This document shows, one piece after another, positions 1 through 8,860 of a stretch of DNA of 14,445 nucleotides. Every line of letters begins with the position of its first letter. Position 1 is the stretch's first letter. The translations under genes were made by a program, and so were the position numbers. The notes under the pieces were generated by a model. It did no database searches. It was not told where the DNA came from and saw nothing but the letters and a program-made list of their open reading frames with translations. The DNA is from Candidatus Nanohalobium sp. (GTDB lineage Archaea; Nanohalarchaeota; Nanosalinia; Nanosalinales; Nanosalinaceae): the NCBI GenBank assembly GCA_042216335.1, contig JBDGTY010000006.1, positions 60,955-75,399 on the forward strand, written 5' to 3'.

Positions 1-1188
1 ATGTGGGTGCAGAAGTATAGGCCGGAGACGCTGGACGAGTACCGTGGTGCTTCCAGTGAGAAGAAAGAATTGAAGGAGTGGGCCGAGAACTGGGAGCAGG
101 GAGATAAACCGGTGTTGCTTCATGGCCAGGCCGGGACCGGTAAGACTTCTCTGGTCGAGGCTCTCGTGAATGATCTGGGCTACGAGCTTGTTGAGACGAA
201 TGCTTCCGACGTAAGGACTAAGAAGAAGTTGAAGGAGGAGTTGAAGGAAGCTACACGCCAAGCTTCGTTCTTCGGCGGCCAGAAACTGATTCTTATCGAT
301 GAGGTCGACGGCATGTCAGGCAACTCTGACAGAGGCGGGGTGCAGGAGATCGGAAGGATCATCGACGAGTCACGATTCCCGATCGTTATGACCGCAAACG
401 ACGCCTATGATCAGAGCATACGTTCTCTCCGGAACAGGGCGAAGGAGATCAAACTGGATTCGGTACATACTAACAGCATCGCCGCTCATCTGCGGGAGAT
501 TCTTGACGAGGAGGGAATCAATTACGAGGACGGTGCTCCTAAGAGGATTGCACGGAGTGCTGGAGGTCAGATGAGGAGTGCGATCAACGATCTCCAGGCC
601 GCAGCCCTTGGAAAAGACAAGCTGACGGTCGAGGATGTTAAGCAGCAGGCTTCGCGGGATGATAGGCAGGATATATTCGATGCCTTGAAGATAGTTTTCA
701 AGACTACTACTGCCAGTACGGCGAATCAGGCGACGCAGAACCTTGATGAGGATGCGGATACGTTCCTTCAGTGGATCCGGGAGAATGCTCCAAGGGAGTA
801 TGAGCGTGAGGAGGATCTGGCCCGGGCTTATTACTGGATTTCACAGGCTGACCTGTTTAATGGCCGTATCCGGAGCAGGATGAACTGGAAATTAATGAAG
901 TACGTGTTCCAGTTTTCGACCGTTGGTGTTGCATTGGCGAAGGATGAGAAGTATTCGGGGTGGACGAAGTACCAGTACCCGTCAAAGATCCGCAGGATGG
1001 GTTCGAGCAGGGGCGCAAGAAACAAGCTGGATTCTGTTTCCGGGAAGCTGGGTGAGAAGCTGCATATGTCGAAGAAGGACGTTAAGTCGGAGCTGCCGAT
1101 GTTTGCCGATTTCCTGGAGAATTACGAGGATCTGCAGAGGCAGCTGGAGCTTGAGGACGACGAGGTCGAATTTATCCAGGACTTTTAG
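1..1188 (+). CDS. rfcL: Replication factor C large subunit (clamp loader, AAA+)
   Basis: N-terminal WVQKYRP RFC box, Walker A GQAGTGKT, ETNASD box, Walker B LILIDEVD, sensor RSAINDLQ, and the RFC-L-type C-terminal region (WIREN, ADLFNGRI, WKLMKY). WxxKYRP normally sits at the extreme N-terminus, so the ATG at 1 is a plausible true start. Confidence 0.95.
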   Translation: MWVQKYRPETLDEYRGASSEKKELKEWAENWEQGDKPVLLHGQAGTGKTSLVEALVNDLGYELVETNASDVRTKKKLKEELKEATRQASFFGGQKLILIDEVDGMSGNSDRGGVQEIGRIIDESRFPIVMTANDAYDQSIRSLRNRAKEIKLDSVHTNSIAAHLREILDEEGINYEDGAPKRIARSAGGQMRSAINDLQAAALGKDKLTVEDVKQQASRDDRQDIFDALKIVFKTTTASTANQATQNLDEDADTFLQWIRENAPREYEREEDLARAYYWISQADLFNGRIRSRMNWKLMKYVFQFSTVGVALAKDEKYSGWTKYQYPSKIRRMGSSRGARNKLDSVSGKLGEKLHMSKKDVKSELPMFADFLENYEDLQRQLELEDDEVEFIQDF

Positions 1189-1499
1189 TTCATGCAGGGT
1201 AGTTCGACTCTCCTGTCGCTGCTTTCCAGAGTGACTTTTACGCATCCTGACCTGAATTCTATAGTTGTGCTGTAGCTTTCTATGTATCCTGTCATCTTCC
1301 TGAAGTTTCTCTGCTCCTTTGGCGTGATCCCTCCGTCGCTTATCCTGGCTGCCTCATCCCTGAGCTGGTTGATGTGTTCAGGTAAATCGGTGGGGTGGAA
1401 CTCCTGGTTCTGTATCCGGGATACCGATGTTGAAAGGGTTACCACGATGATGCCTGCGATCACGGCCGATATGACCATGAACTGTCCTTTCCGTTTCAC
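1185..1499 (-). CDS. Small minor pilin-like protein (class III signal peptide)
   Basis: KRKG|QFMVISAVIAGIIVVTLS: basic leader, Gly at -1, Gln at +1, hydrophobic helix. C-terminal Cys pair (GCVK...LPCMN). The ORF track starts at 1508, but the GTG at 1499 overlaps the upstream stop (GTGA) and has a GAGGTG SD 6 nt upstream, so it is the likelier start. Confidence 0.75.
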   Translation of the reverse strand: MKRKGQFMVISAVIAGIIVVTLSTSVSRIQNQEFHPTDLPEHINQLRDEAARISDGGITPKEQRNFRKMTGYIESYSTTIEFRSGCVKVTLESSDRRVELPCMN

Positions 1500-3280
1500 C
1501 GGCTCCACCTCAGGTTGACCTCGTACGGCATGTACGTCCTGTTCTGTATACCGGAGTAGGTGCTGGTGGAGATGCCTTCCGGTTCGGTCCTGCCTGTGAA
1601 AGCCAGCTGGTCGCCTCTCAGCCAGTGGATGGTCGAGGCCAGAACTTTCCTATCTTCCGTACTGTATTGAGCCTCGTAGCCGCTTACTGCGATCCTGCCT
1701 CCGTTGAACTCAGGGAACGTGGTTCTGCGGGCGATCAGCTCGACGTCCCTCGAGCCGATATAGACGAACTTGACACAGTTTCCATCCCATTCACAGTCAG
1801 AACCTGTGAGTATCGACCTGGCTGCGTACTCCCTTCCTGCCACCACAACTCTTTCATTGTTAAGGAAAGGGCCTTCCGGCTCATCCATGAAGTCGCCGTC
1901 ACGGTTAAGATCTACCTTGACGGCCCTATCGTTATTATTGTTACAGTAGGTTTCTGTCGTTCCGAGCTCGGCGTTTATAACCTCGTATTGCTTGCCGTCG
2001 GGGAAAGTTATGGTCGTGGCAGTGAGAGCCGAGTCAGTTGTGCCGTAGCAGGCGCTTTCCGGTCTTCCAGGATAGTTACTGAGTTCCGGGCCTGTGATGT
2101 TTTCCATGTCGTCCTCCTCTCTGTTCCAGTCACTGAAGTTGTATGACTGAGTGGCTGAATATAGTATGGCCGGGGCGGATTCTAAAGTCCGGGTCGTGTT
2201 CGAGATAATGTTCGGAGGGGCGATACTCAGTGAGGTGGATTCTCCTCCAAGACCTTTGAAGTAGGTCTCCACCTCCTGGGATCGTGATTCACTGGAGAAC
2301 CTTCCGGGGACCTCTCCTCCACTGTAACTTCCCTCGTAAGGCACCGAGATGTACTGGAATCCTGCCCTCTCCAGGAAGTCACCGTTGTCGAAGTTGCTGG
2401 AGTCCAGACTGGCGAGCACCATGAGAGATCCTTCATTAAGGTGATCCTCCATTATGCCCTGATTCGCGGAGATATCCCGGACGCCTTCACTGGTACGGAC
2501 CACCAAGACGTTGTAGGTGTTCGTGTCTACCTCGGTGAAGTTGACGGAGTCGACGGTTACGAAGGTGTCGACGCTGTTGACCGGTCTGTTAAGCATATTC
2601 CTGAACCTGACCGCCTGCGTGGCGTTGAACAAACGTAGCTCATTGGTGTCTCCGTTTATCCATTCAACATCGTAGTGATGAGGCCCCCACTTGATGAACT
2701 CATCCCTGTAAAAAGGCCCTTCCGCGTTTGAGAACTGGCAGTCCGTGCCGTTATCAACCCATACAGAGTCATAGTCCTGAACGTTATTACCTCCTACCTG
2801 GTTAGGATCCAGATCGGCCACATACACTCTCTCATCGGGGTAGTTGGCGTCGACTCCAGTCCCATCCGTCTGTAGGACAGGTTCCTCTGACCTGCTGGCT
2901 ATCTCATCCAAATCCCCTGCACAGCTCCCAGAGCTCGCATCCATCAAACCCTGAGTATACCGCCGTGAGGGCTTGGTGTAGAATGCGACCTTGTTCTCGT
3001 TGATCGGGAGATTGGATACGAGTCCGGATACCTCTACCCTTCTCTCGGAGATGGTGGAGAAGGCTGTCTGTATCGATCCGACCTCCCCTTCGGATAATGC
3101 GTGGTTCATGTAGCCGGAATCCTGGAGAGCGTATGTGAGGTCGTCGGCCGATACCTGCCTCCTGAAGCTGTCCCAGTTCTGGTTTTCCGGTACCTGAAGC
3201 CCTCCAAAGATGAAGATGAAGACTGTGGCCACGGCGACTATGGATTCCAGTGCGTATCCAGTACCCTTCCTGTCTACCAT
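1496..3280 (-). CDS. Large (594 aa) pilin-like protein, candidate adhesin or tip subunit
   Basis: MVDRKG|TGYALESIVAVATVFIFIFGG class III-like leader. Large D/N/T/S-rich extracellular region with 6 Cys, an internal repeat and a DLNRDGDF motif. Coupled to neighbouring genes by overlaps. Confidence 0.75.
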   Translation of the reverse strand: MVDRKGTGYALESIVAVATVFIFIFGGLQVPENQNWDSFRRQVSADDLTYALQDSGYMNHALSEGEVGSIQTAFSTISERRVEVSGLVSNLPINENKVAFYTKPSRRYTQGLMDASSGSCAGDLDEIASRSEEPVLQTDGTGVDANYPDERVYVADLDPNQVGGNNVQDYDSVWVDNGTDCQFSNAEGPFYRDEFIKWGPHHYDVEWINGDTNELRLFNATQAVRFRNMLNRPVNSVDTFVTVDSVNFTEVDTNTYNVLVVRTSEGVRDISANQGIMEDHLNEGSLMVLASLDSSNFDNGDFLERAGFQYISVPYEGSYSGGEVPGRFSSESRSQEVETYFKGLGGESTSLSIAPPNIISNTTRTLESAPAILYSATQSYNFSDWNREEDDMENITGPELSNYPGRPESACYGTTDSALTATTITFPDGKQYEVINAELGTTETYCNNNNDRAVKVDLNRDGDFMDEPEGPFLNNERVVVAGREYAARSILTGSDCEWDGNCVKFVYIGSRDVELIARRTTFPEFNGGRIAVSGYEAQYSTEDRKVLASTIHWLRGDQLAFTGRTEPEGISTSTYSGIQNRTYMPYEVNLRWSR

Positions 3281-4134
3281 GAAAGCACCCCCATCCTGAC
3301 GACTTCCTTATCGGTTTCTGGCGCCCTGAGCGACACGTAACGGTTCAGCTTCACCGTCGTGCTGTCGGCGGTCTCCGGTGGCGCACCGAAGGATTTCAGA
3401 TGCCTGGAGAGGATGACCGCTGCTCCCGGCCGCCTCTCCCTATTCTGTATCTTCTTCACCCTGAACTCTGTACCGTCCAGACTGATGACATCCCCGACCT
3501 TGTGCTCACTTGACTCGTAGAAGTTCCAGTCGCCCGGGTTCCCGGTAACGTAGACCGTGTTATACACCCCGTCAAAGGCCGCTACAAGGAAGGGGAACTC
3601 AGAGCCGTTCAGCCTGAAAGTGCCGTAATGCACCCTGTTCTCCGCGTTGTAGTACCTCGAACCGTCGCTGTCATCGTCTGTGGGCTCGTCTATGTAGCTC
3701 GGCGAGCTTCCACGCGTGAATGTTTTACTGGTCTCCACGATAGGATACCAGGTGAAGTTGAAGTAGTACTGGTTGTCCAGTTCATTAATGTCACGGAACT
3801 GGCTGTAGTTGAACCTGTCCCTCCCTGTCGTGGAAAGTGCCTGCAGCTTATCCCACGCTATGACGTGGTAATCTGCCGCAAGCCCGAGCTGGGTCGTACC
3901 TGAGATCGTGGAGGCGTTCTTCTCCCAGTTGCTGCCTCCACTGCCGTACGTATGCCAACCGGGTTTAGTTATCATGTTCTCTGTCAGGCGGTAGATCTCC
4001 ATGTTGTGGGCAGACTGCTGGACGTCATCTCTGAACTGCGGCACCTGCCCCGACATCATGGTAAGCGACCCTATCAGTGCGATAAGGAACAGGAATGCCG
4101 CTCCAAGGAACTCGATCGTCGACTGTCCCTTCAC
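3274..4134 (-). CDS. Minor pilin with QxxxE-type class III signal peptide
   Basis: GTG start; MKG|QSTIEFLGAAFLFLIAL has Gln at +1 and Glu at +5 (DUF361/EppA-substrate-like). Lies immediately downstream of the platform genes. Confidence 0.8.
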   Translation of the reverse strand: MKGQSTIEFLGAAFLFLIALIGSLTMMSGQVPQFRDDVQQSAHNMEIYRLTENMITKPGWHTYGSGGSNWEKNASTISGTTQLGLAADYHVIAWDKLQALSTTGRDRFNYSQFRDINELDNQYYFNFTWYPIVETSKTFTRGSSPSYIDEPTDDDSDGSRYYNAENRVHYGTFRLNGSEFPFLVAAFDGVYNTVYVTGNPGDWNFYESSEHKVGDVISLDGTEFRVKKIQNRERRPGAAVILSRHLKSFGAPPETADSTTVKLNRYVSLRAPETDKEVVRMGVLSW

Positions 4135-4140
4135 GAATCC

Positions 4141-5172
4141 TTACACCCCCATAGGCCTGACGATCAGCATGAATGCCACGAAGGCCAGCGGCATCATTAT
4201 GATCGCGTGCTTGATACCTGCCGAAGGTGTACCCTCACTGATCTGTCCCGAGACTGCCGCGGTACACGCACCCTGGATCATAAGCATCGTGAACAGCAGC
4301 GACTTGTAGTACGCCATCTTACCGTAGGCGTAGTTCGTGGCGTAGGTGCTCGACAGGGACGTGATGTTTCCAGGGATGAAGCCGAATATCTTGGCGGTCG
4401 AGCAGAAAGGCTTCGCGGCGAAGATGTTTCTTCCGCAGAAGTTGACCGGGCCAGAAGAACTGCTGCCGCCGAGAACCTCTCCGATGCCCTGAAGGGCGCC
4501 GGCCTCCTGACTTCCGAGACCGAGTAGCTGGGAGAGCATGACGTAGATCCCGATGGTTATCCCTATGAACAGGAAGTAGATTATGTACATGATGACCAGC
4601 TGCTGCTTGAGCTGGGCTCTCTTGTTCTGCAGTACCTTCCTCAGCTGCGCAGAGTTATCCGCCACGGACTCGATAGTCTCCGTGATGCTTCCGCCGCTCT
4701 CAAAGCTCTGGATGATGATGGAAACCGACTCCTGTATCACCGGAGAATCCTCCAGCCTCCTGGAAAACCGTTCCATGACGTCAGGGAAGGGGATGCCCCA
4801 CGTCAACTGGTTGTGAACCTTCTTGATCTCGGGGTTGAGACGGCCGTAATCCGTGTCACGCGCCGATTCAAACGACTTCAGAATCGTCATACCCCCTCTT
4901 TTGGACTCCGCCAGGTCGTTGAGGAAGGACGGGAACTGATTCTCCATCTGTCTCACAGCCCTCGTCTTCAGGAAGTTCAGAAGACCGTACGGTATAATGG
5001 ATGTTATTATTCCCAAAAGAAGCAGTGAACCTCCAAGCCGGACACCACCCGACATGTAGATGAACATACCGACCAGGGTGATCACTCCTCCGATACCTAT
5101 AGAGGCGAATATAACCTTGTCCTCCACGGAGTACCCGGCATCGTACTCCTCCTCCCTGAAGAAGTCGATCAT
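4141..5172 (-). CDS. Type IV pilus platform protein, TadC/PilC (T2SS F family)
   Basis: Two N-terminal TM helices, then the T2SSF cytoplasmic domain (ENQFPSFLNDLAESKRGGMT, DYGRLNPEI, WGIPF, ESGGSI), then further TM helices ending GQISEG...AGIKH. Confidence 0.9.
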   Translation of the reverse strand: MIDFFREEEYDAGYSVEDKVIFASIGIGGVITLVGMFIYMSGGVRLGGSLLLLGIITSIIPYGLLNFLKTRAVRQMENQFPSFLNDLAESKRGGMTILKSFESARDTDYGRLNPEIKKVHNQLTWGIPFPDVMERFSRRLEDSPVIQESVSIIIQSFESGGSITETIESVADNSAQLRKVLQNKRAQLKQQLVIMYIIYFLFIGITIGIYVMLSQLLGLGSQEAGALQGIGEVLGGSSSSGPVNFCGRNIFAAKPFCSTAKIFGFIPGNITSLSSTYATNYAYGKMAYYKSLLFTMLMIQGACTAAVSGQISEGTPSAGIKHAIIMMPLAFVAFMLIVRPMGV

Positions 5173-6041
5173 CGGATACCACCCGGTGAAAGACCGTCAA
5201 CCAGTATGATAAACATGCCCGAGATAACCGGGAGGCCGAAGAATATAGCCGCCACCTGGATATTCACCAGCAGCGCAGGAGAGATATTAGCGAACGAGCT
5301 GATAACCGCACTCATAGCCGTGAAGATTATGGAACCAACGATTATCAACGTGATGTACATCTCGACAAGAAGCGAAAGAGTCTCGGAGAACTCCTCGATC
5401 CTTCTCTGGTAGTCATCCATCAGCTTTTCCGATCTCTGCTGAAGGAATTCTCTCAACGAGCCTCCCGTCGTTATTACATGGTTTATTCCCCACATAAGCT
5501 CCTTGAAATCCTCGCTCGGCGTCCTGTTCGCCGCACGCTCCAGCGCCTCATTGATATCCATCCCGAACGTCTCTATATCCCTGCTGATCTTCTCCGCCTC
5601 GTTAGCCACCTCTCCGTATTCCTCTACCTCCGCCAGGTTCTTGAAGATTTCCGGAAGGGCTGTACCTGTACCCGCAAGCGTCGAGAGATACATCGTGGCA
5701 AAAGGCAGCGTATCCCTTATCTTGGATGCACGGCTCTTCATGATGATACCAGGATAGGCGTAGAAACCCGCCATCACACCCAGAGAGGATATCATTCCGA
5801 TAGTGAAACCCATCACTATCCCGGAGATTCCCATGGACAGCGTAAGAAGAAATCCTAGGAAAAGCGTTAAGGAGAGGAAAGTAGCAGCACCCGAGAAAAC
5901 GATGACACTGATGTACTCGGGCAGAGTTATCTCCACATCGGCCTTCGAAAGCTTCGGCCTCAAACTCTGAAAGTAGTCAACAAGGTACAGGGAATAGCTC
6001 CCAACCAGCCTGTAGCAGAAATCGGCGTATTCCTCAAGCAT
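5169..6041 (-). CDS. Type IV pilus platform protein, TadB/TadC (T2SS F family)
   Basis: LSKADVEITLPEY, two TM helices, LPFATMYLSTLAGTG, EYGEVANE, FGMDINEALERAANRTPSEDFKELMWG, TGGSLREFL, C-terminal TM helices. Overlaps the ATPase stop codon. Confidence 0.9.
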   Translation of the reverse strand: MLEEYADFCYRLVGSYSLYLVDYFQSLRPKLSKADVEITLPEYISVIVFSGAATFLSLTLFLGFLLTLSMGISGIVMGFTIGMISSLGVMAGFYAYPGIIMKSRASKIRDTLPFATMYLSTLAGTGTALPEIFKNLAEVEEYGEVANEAEKISRDIETFGMDINEALERAANRTPSEDFKELMWGINHVITTGGSLREFLQQRSEKLMDDYQRRIEEFSETLSLLVEMYITLIIVGSIIFTAMSAVISSFANISPALLVNIQVAAIFFGLPVISGMFIILVDGLSPGGIR

Positions 6042-7749
6042 TCTTAGGTTCTAATTCTTCACTGTCCGCATTAAATGTTTGCCCGACCTTCTCCATCACC
6101 GACTTCGGATCACTGTAGTACCGGGAAATTATATCACCGACCTCACGGTAATGCTTGATCTGCTCCTCCTGCATATAGTTCAGGACATGCTGCTTGTTCC
6201 TCAGATCCTTCTTGATCTTCTCATGCTCGATACCCGACTGATCAGCGATATCCTGAAGCAAGATAGAGTTATTCTCAATCACGTACTCGTCATTCTCAGG
6301 CTCCCACCCAAAGACCTTGTTACTGTCGATACCCTGACGCTTGTCATACCCGAGGACCTCGTAGAGACCGGTGATCCTCCTGATATAGGTTCCGTCACGG
6401 CGGATCCTCTTGATAAGCATGATGAGATCCAGAGTCTCGATAAGCGAAGGAGAAAGACTGATAGGATCAGTGGTCAAACGGTCCATAAGCATATCAAGCG
6501 AGTCGGCGTGGATGGTACTAAGGCCTGTGTGCCCCGTAGCCATCTGCTGGAACAGGATGTAAGCCTCCTCACCACGCACCTCACCCACGATGATGTACTC
6601 AGGACGCTGACGCAGAGACTCCTTCAACAGGTTATCCATCGAAACCTCTCCCGACCCTTCAGCGCTGGATCCGAAACCTGAACGGGCGACCTCAGGCACC
6701 CAGTGACCGTGAGGAAGACGCAGCTCCGGCGTGTCCTCAATGGAGACGATTTTCTTCTCCGGACGGATGAAAAGGGAAAGAGCGTTCAGCTGGGACGTCT
6801 TTCCTGCACCCGTCGTACCACATACAAGAACAGATTTACCGTGCTGTACCAGCGTCCAGAGATAGCTGTACATCTGGGCGTTCTCCGTCTCGTAGTCCAT
6901 CATGTGGATAGGTGTAAGCGGATCCTCGGTGAACCGTCGGATGGTGAAGTTTGAACCCTTCCGTGCGATGTCAGTCGCGAGAGTAGCCTGGACACGGGAG
7001 CCGTCCGGCAGAGAACCGTCGAGCAGAGGGCTTGAAACCGAGATACTTTTCCCACACCTCTGTGCCAGTTTCATCACGAAGCTGTCAAGTTCATCCGGGT
7101 CGTTCCACTCGATGCTTGTCTTGACCGAACCGTACTTCGGGTTACGGTGGTACGCGTAAACCGGTATATCCACTCCGTCGCATGATATGTCCTCGACTTC
7201 TGTGTCGTTCATCAAGGGCTGGAGCTTTCCGAGGCCTGCGAAGTCCCTTCTCGTGTAATACCTGACGATCTCCCTGTCTCTGTCGGAGAGTGTGATGTCG
7301 TACTTGTCGACTATCATGTCGATCTTCTCGGTCAGGTACTCGTCGGCATCTGAACTCTCCAGCTGGCTGAAGTCGATGTCGAAGCTCCTCTCCATTATAT
7401 CGTGGATCCTTTCGATCTTGTCCTCAAGTTCCGGCGTCCTCTCCGGTTCTATTATGTTGTAGATAAGTTCTCCTTTCTCCTCATTCCAGGTGATGTGCGC
7501 CCATGCATAGACCAATTCCCCATCGTCAGGGTCCTCAGGTACCAGCGGATAGGTCACATCTACATCCGTCAGGTCCTGCTCATCTTCTGTCTCCTCGACA
7601 TACTCCTGCTTGAACTCACCGGGTATAGGCACCTCTATACCTTCACTCGGTCCGGACTCTTCCTCTTCCTCTTCCTCTTCCTCATACCACTCAGGATGCT
7701 TGGCTTTCCTCAGCCCGGAGACGATATTCAGAAAGTTCAAGTTTCCCAT
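6034..7749 (-). CDS. Type II/IV secretion (pilus assembly) ATPase, archaeal PilB/ArlI/VirB11 family
   Basis: GLGKLQPLMNDTEVEDISCDG, DGSLPDGSRVQAT, FTIRRF, Walker A GTTGAGKT, Asp box SIEDTPEL, Walker B LRQRPEYIIVGEVRG, His box TGHTGLSTIHA. Confidence 0.95.
   Translation of the reverse strand: MGNLNFLNIVSGLRKAKHPEWYEEEEEEEEESGPSEGIEVPIPGEFKQEYVEETEDEQDLTDVDVTYPLVPEDPDDGELVYAWAHITWNEEKGELIYNIIEPERTPELEDKIERIHDIMERSFDIDFSQLESSDADEYLTEKIDMIVDKYDITLSDRDREIVRYYTRRDFAGLGKLQPLMNDTEVEDISCDGVDIPVYAYHRNPKYGSVKTSIEWNDPDELDSFVMKLAQRCGKSISVSSPLLDGSLPDGSRVQATLATDIARKGSNFTIRRFTEDPLTPIHMMDYETENAQMYSYLWTLVQHGKSVLVCGTTGAGKTSQLNALSLFIRPEKKIVSIEDTPELRLPHGHWVPEVARSGFGSSAEGSGEVSMDNLLKESLRQRPEYIIVGEVRGEEAYILFQQMATGHTGLSTIHADSLDMLMDRLTTDPISLSPSLIETLDLIMLIKRIRRDGTYIRRITGLYEVLGYDKRQGIDSNKVFGWEPENDEYVIENNSILLQDIADQSGIEHEKIKKDLRNKQHVLNYMQEEQIKHYREVGDIISRYYSDPKSVMEKVGQTFNADSEELEPKNA
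7657..7683 (-). repeat. (GAGGAA)4GAG in-frame microsatellite encoding Glu9
   Basis: Read directly from the sequence near the ATPase N-terminus (WYEEEEEEEEESG). Confidence 0.85.
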
Positions 7750-8175
7750 TTAATCAGCCCTCAAGGTAATATTCTTTCCACGCTTGAAAATAGTTACGTC
7801 TCCACCACGGGCGGCACCCTTCAATCGATAACCCCGGAAACCTTTGACATCCATCGAATACGTCCTGCCATTGACGCCCACAACCAACTCGCTGCCCAGA
7901 CGGAGGTTGTAGCTGCTACCTGCCAGAGTCTGAGGAAGATCAACCGAGTACCTGCCCTCACCCACTTTCCCCGACTCATCGACCTCACGCAAGGCGTTCA
8001 AAGCCACCAGAACCTCCGACTGGACCATCTCAGCCTGTTCAGGTTCCACTTCCGACAGAAGGCCCGCCTTATACTGGTTGAACAGCGTTATAACCCCTAC
8101 TGCCAGCATCAGGCCCAGTCCAAAGGTGAAGACGGTCTCGACAGCAAGGTATTGTCCCTTCAAAGATAAGGTCAC
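7750..8175 (-). CDS. Minor pilin-like protein (class III signal peptide)
   Basis: LKG|QYLAVETVFTFGLGLMLAVGVI followed by a beta-rich domain (LPQTLAGSSY). The start is either the GTG at 8175 (GTGA overlap) or a TTG at 8163, 8 nt after a GAGGTGA SD. Confidence 0.8.
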   Translation of the reverse strand: MTLSLKGQYLAVETVFTFGLGLMLAVGVITLFNQYKAGLLSEVEPEQAEMVQSEVLVALNALREVDESGKVGEGRYSVDLPQTLAGSSYNLRLGSELVVGVNGRTYSMDVKGFRGYRLKGAARGGDVTIFKRGKNITLRAD

Positions 8176-8828
8176 CTCAGATCCACTTCGACCACGACCC
8201 TGCGCCTGTCTATCATCTCGCCGCTCGGCAGTTCGTAGGCCTGACCTCCTGTATCAAACCTGCGGCCATCATTTGTGAACTCCACAGTGACCTCCCCCGC
8301 CGCCGCTGGCGAACCAGCCGACTGGATATCGATCAGACGAAGCTCCTGGCTCGACGCAGTAGTAGTCAGGAGATTCCTGAACTCCACGCGGTATGTAACC
8401 GCAGAACTCGCAGAGGAAACCTTCCTCACTGCGACGACACCCGGCGAGTTCTCACCCTGTATACCATATGATCCTGCACCTATCGAAAGACCCTGCCGGC
8501 TCTGACCGCGCAGCATCGACCACGTCCCAGCAGCATAAGGCGCACTGCTCGAGAAAACAGTAACATCGATATAGTTACCGGTCGAATTCACCTGAACCTT
8601 GCCGTTCTCCAGGCTTAACTTCACCTCACCACTGCTGCCCTGCCCCGAACGAGCCACCGAAACAATAGAACTCTGAAGCTCGAGAACCGACGACTCAACC
8701 GAATCAAGCTCGGCCTGGGCCTGACGCTTCTCAACCAGAGGCACACCCCACACATACGCAGAAGCGATACCTCCAATGATAACACCAGTAATCATGACCG
8801 CAGTAACAGCCTGAGTCTGCCCCTTCAT
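8172..8828 (-). CDS. Minor pilin-like protein (class III signal peptide)
   Basis: MKG|QTQAVTAVMITGVIIGGIASAYVWGVP, then an amphipathic helix and an S/G/V-rich beta domain. First gene of the overlapping assembly operon. Confidence 0.8.
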   Translation of the reverse strand: MKGQTQAVTAVMITGVIIGGIASAYVWGVPLVEKRQAQAELDSVESSVLELQSSIVSVARSGQGSSGEVKLSLENGKVQVNSTGNYIDVTVFSSSAPYAAGTWSMLRGQSRQGLSIGAGSYGIQGENSPGVVAVRKVSSASSAVTYRVEFRNLLTTTASSQELRLIDIQSAGSPAAAGEVTVEFTNDGRRFDTGGQAYELPSGEMIDRRRVVVEVDLR

Positions 8829-8847
8829 AACCCAGTAATTCTGATCA

Positions 8848-8860
8848 CCAGAATATAAAA
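8848..8860 (-). promoter_or_regulatory. Putative TATA box for the assembly operon (8828..1185), probably leaderless
   Basis: Minus-strand TTTTATAT at 8860..8853, about 25-32 nt upstream of ATG 8828, followed by TCTGG. Confidence 0.55.

Noticed and set aside
923-8505. Many alternative-frame and plus-strand ORFs (e.g. 1625..2146, 3952..4527, 6079..6681, 7402..8169)
   Set aside because: They are shadows of well-supported genes, rich in Arg/His/Leu/Ser unlike the acidic proteome, and have no recognisable motifs.
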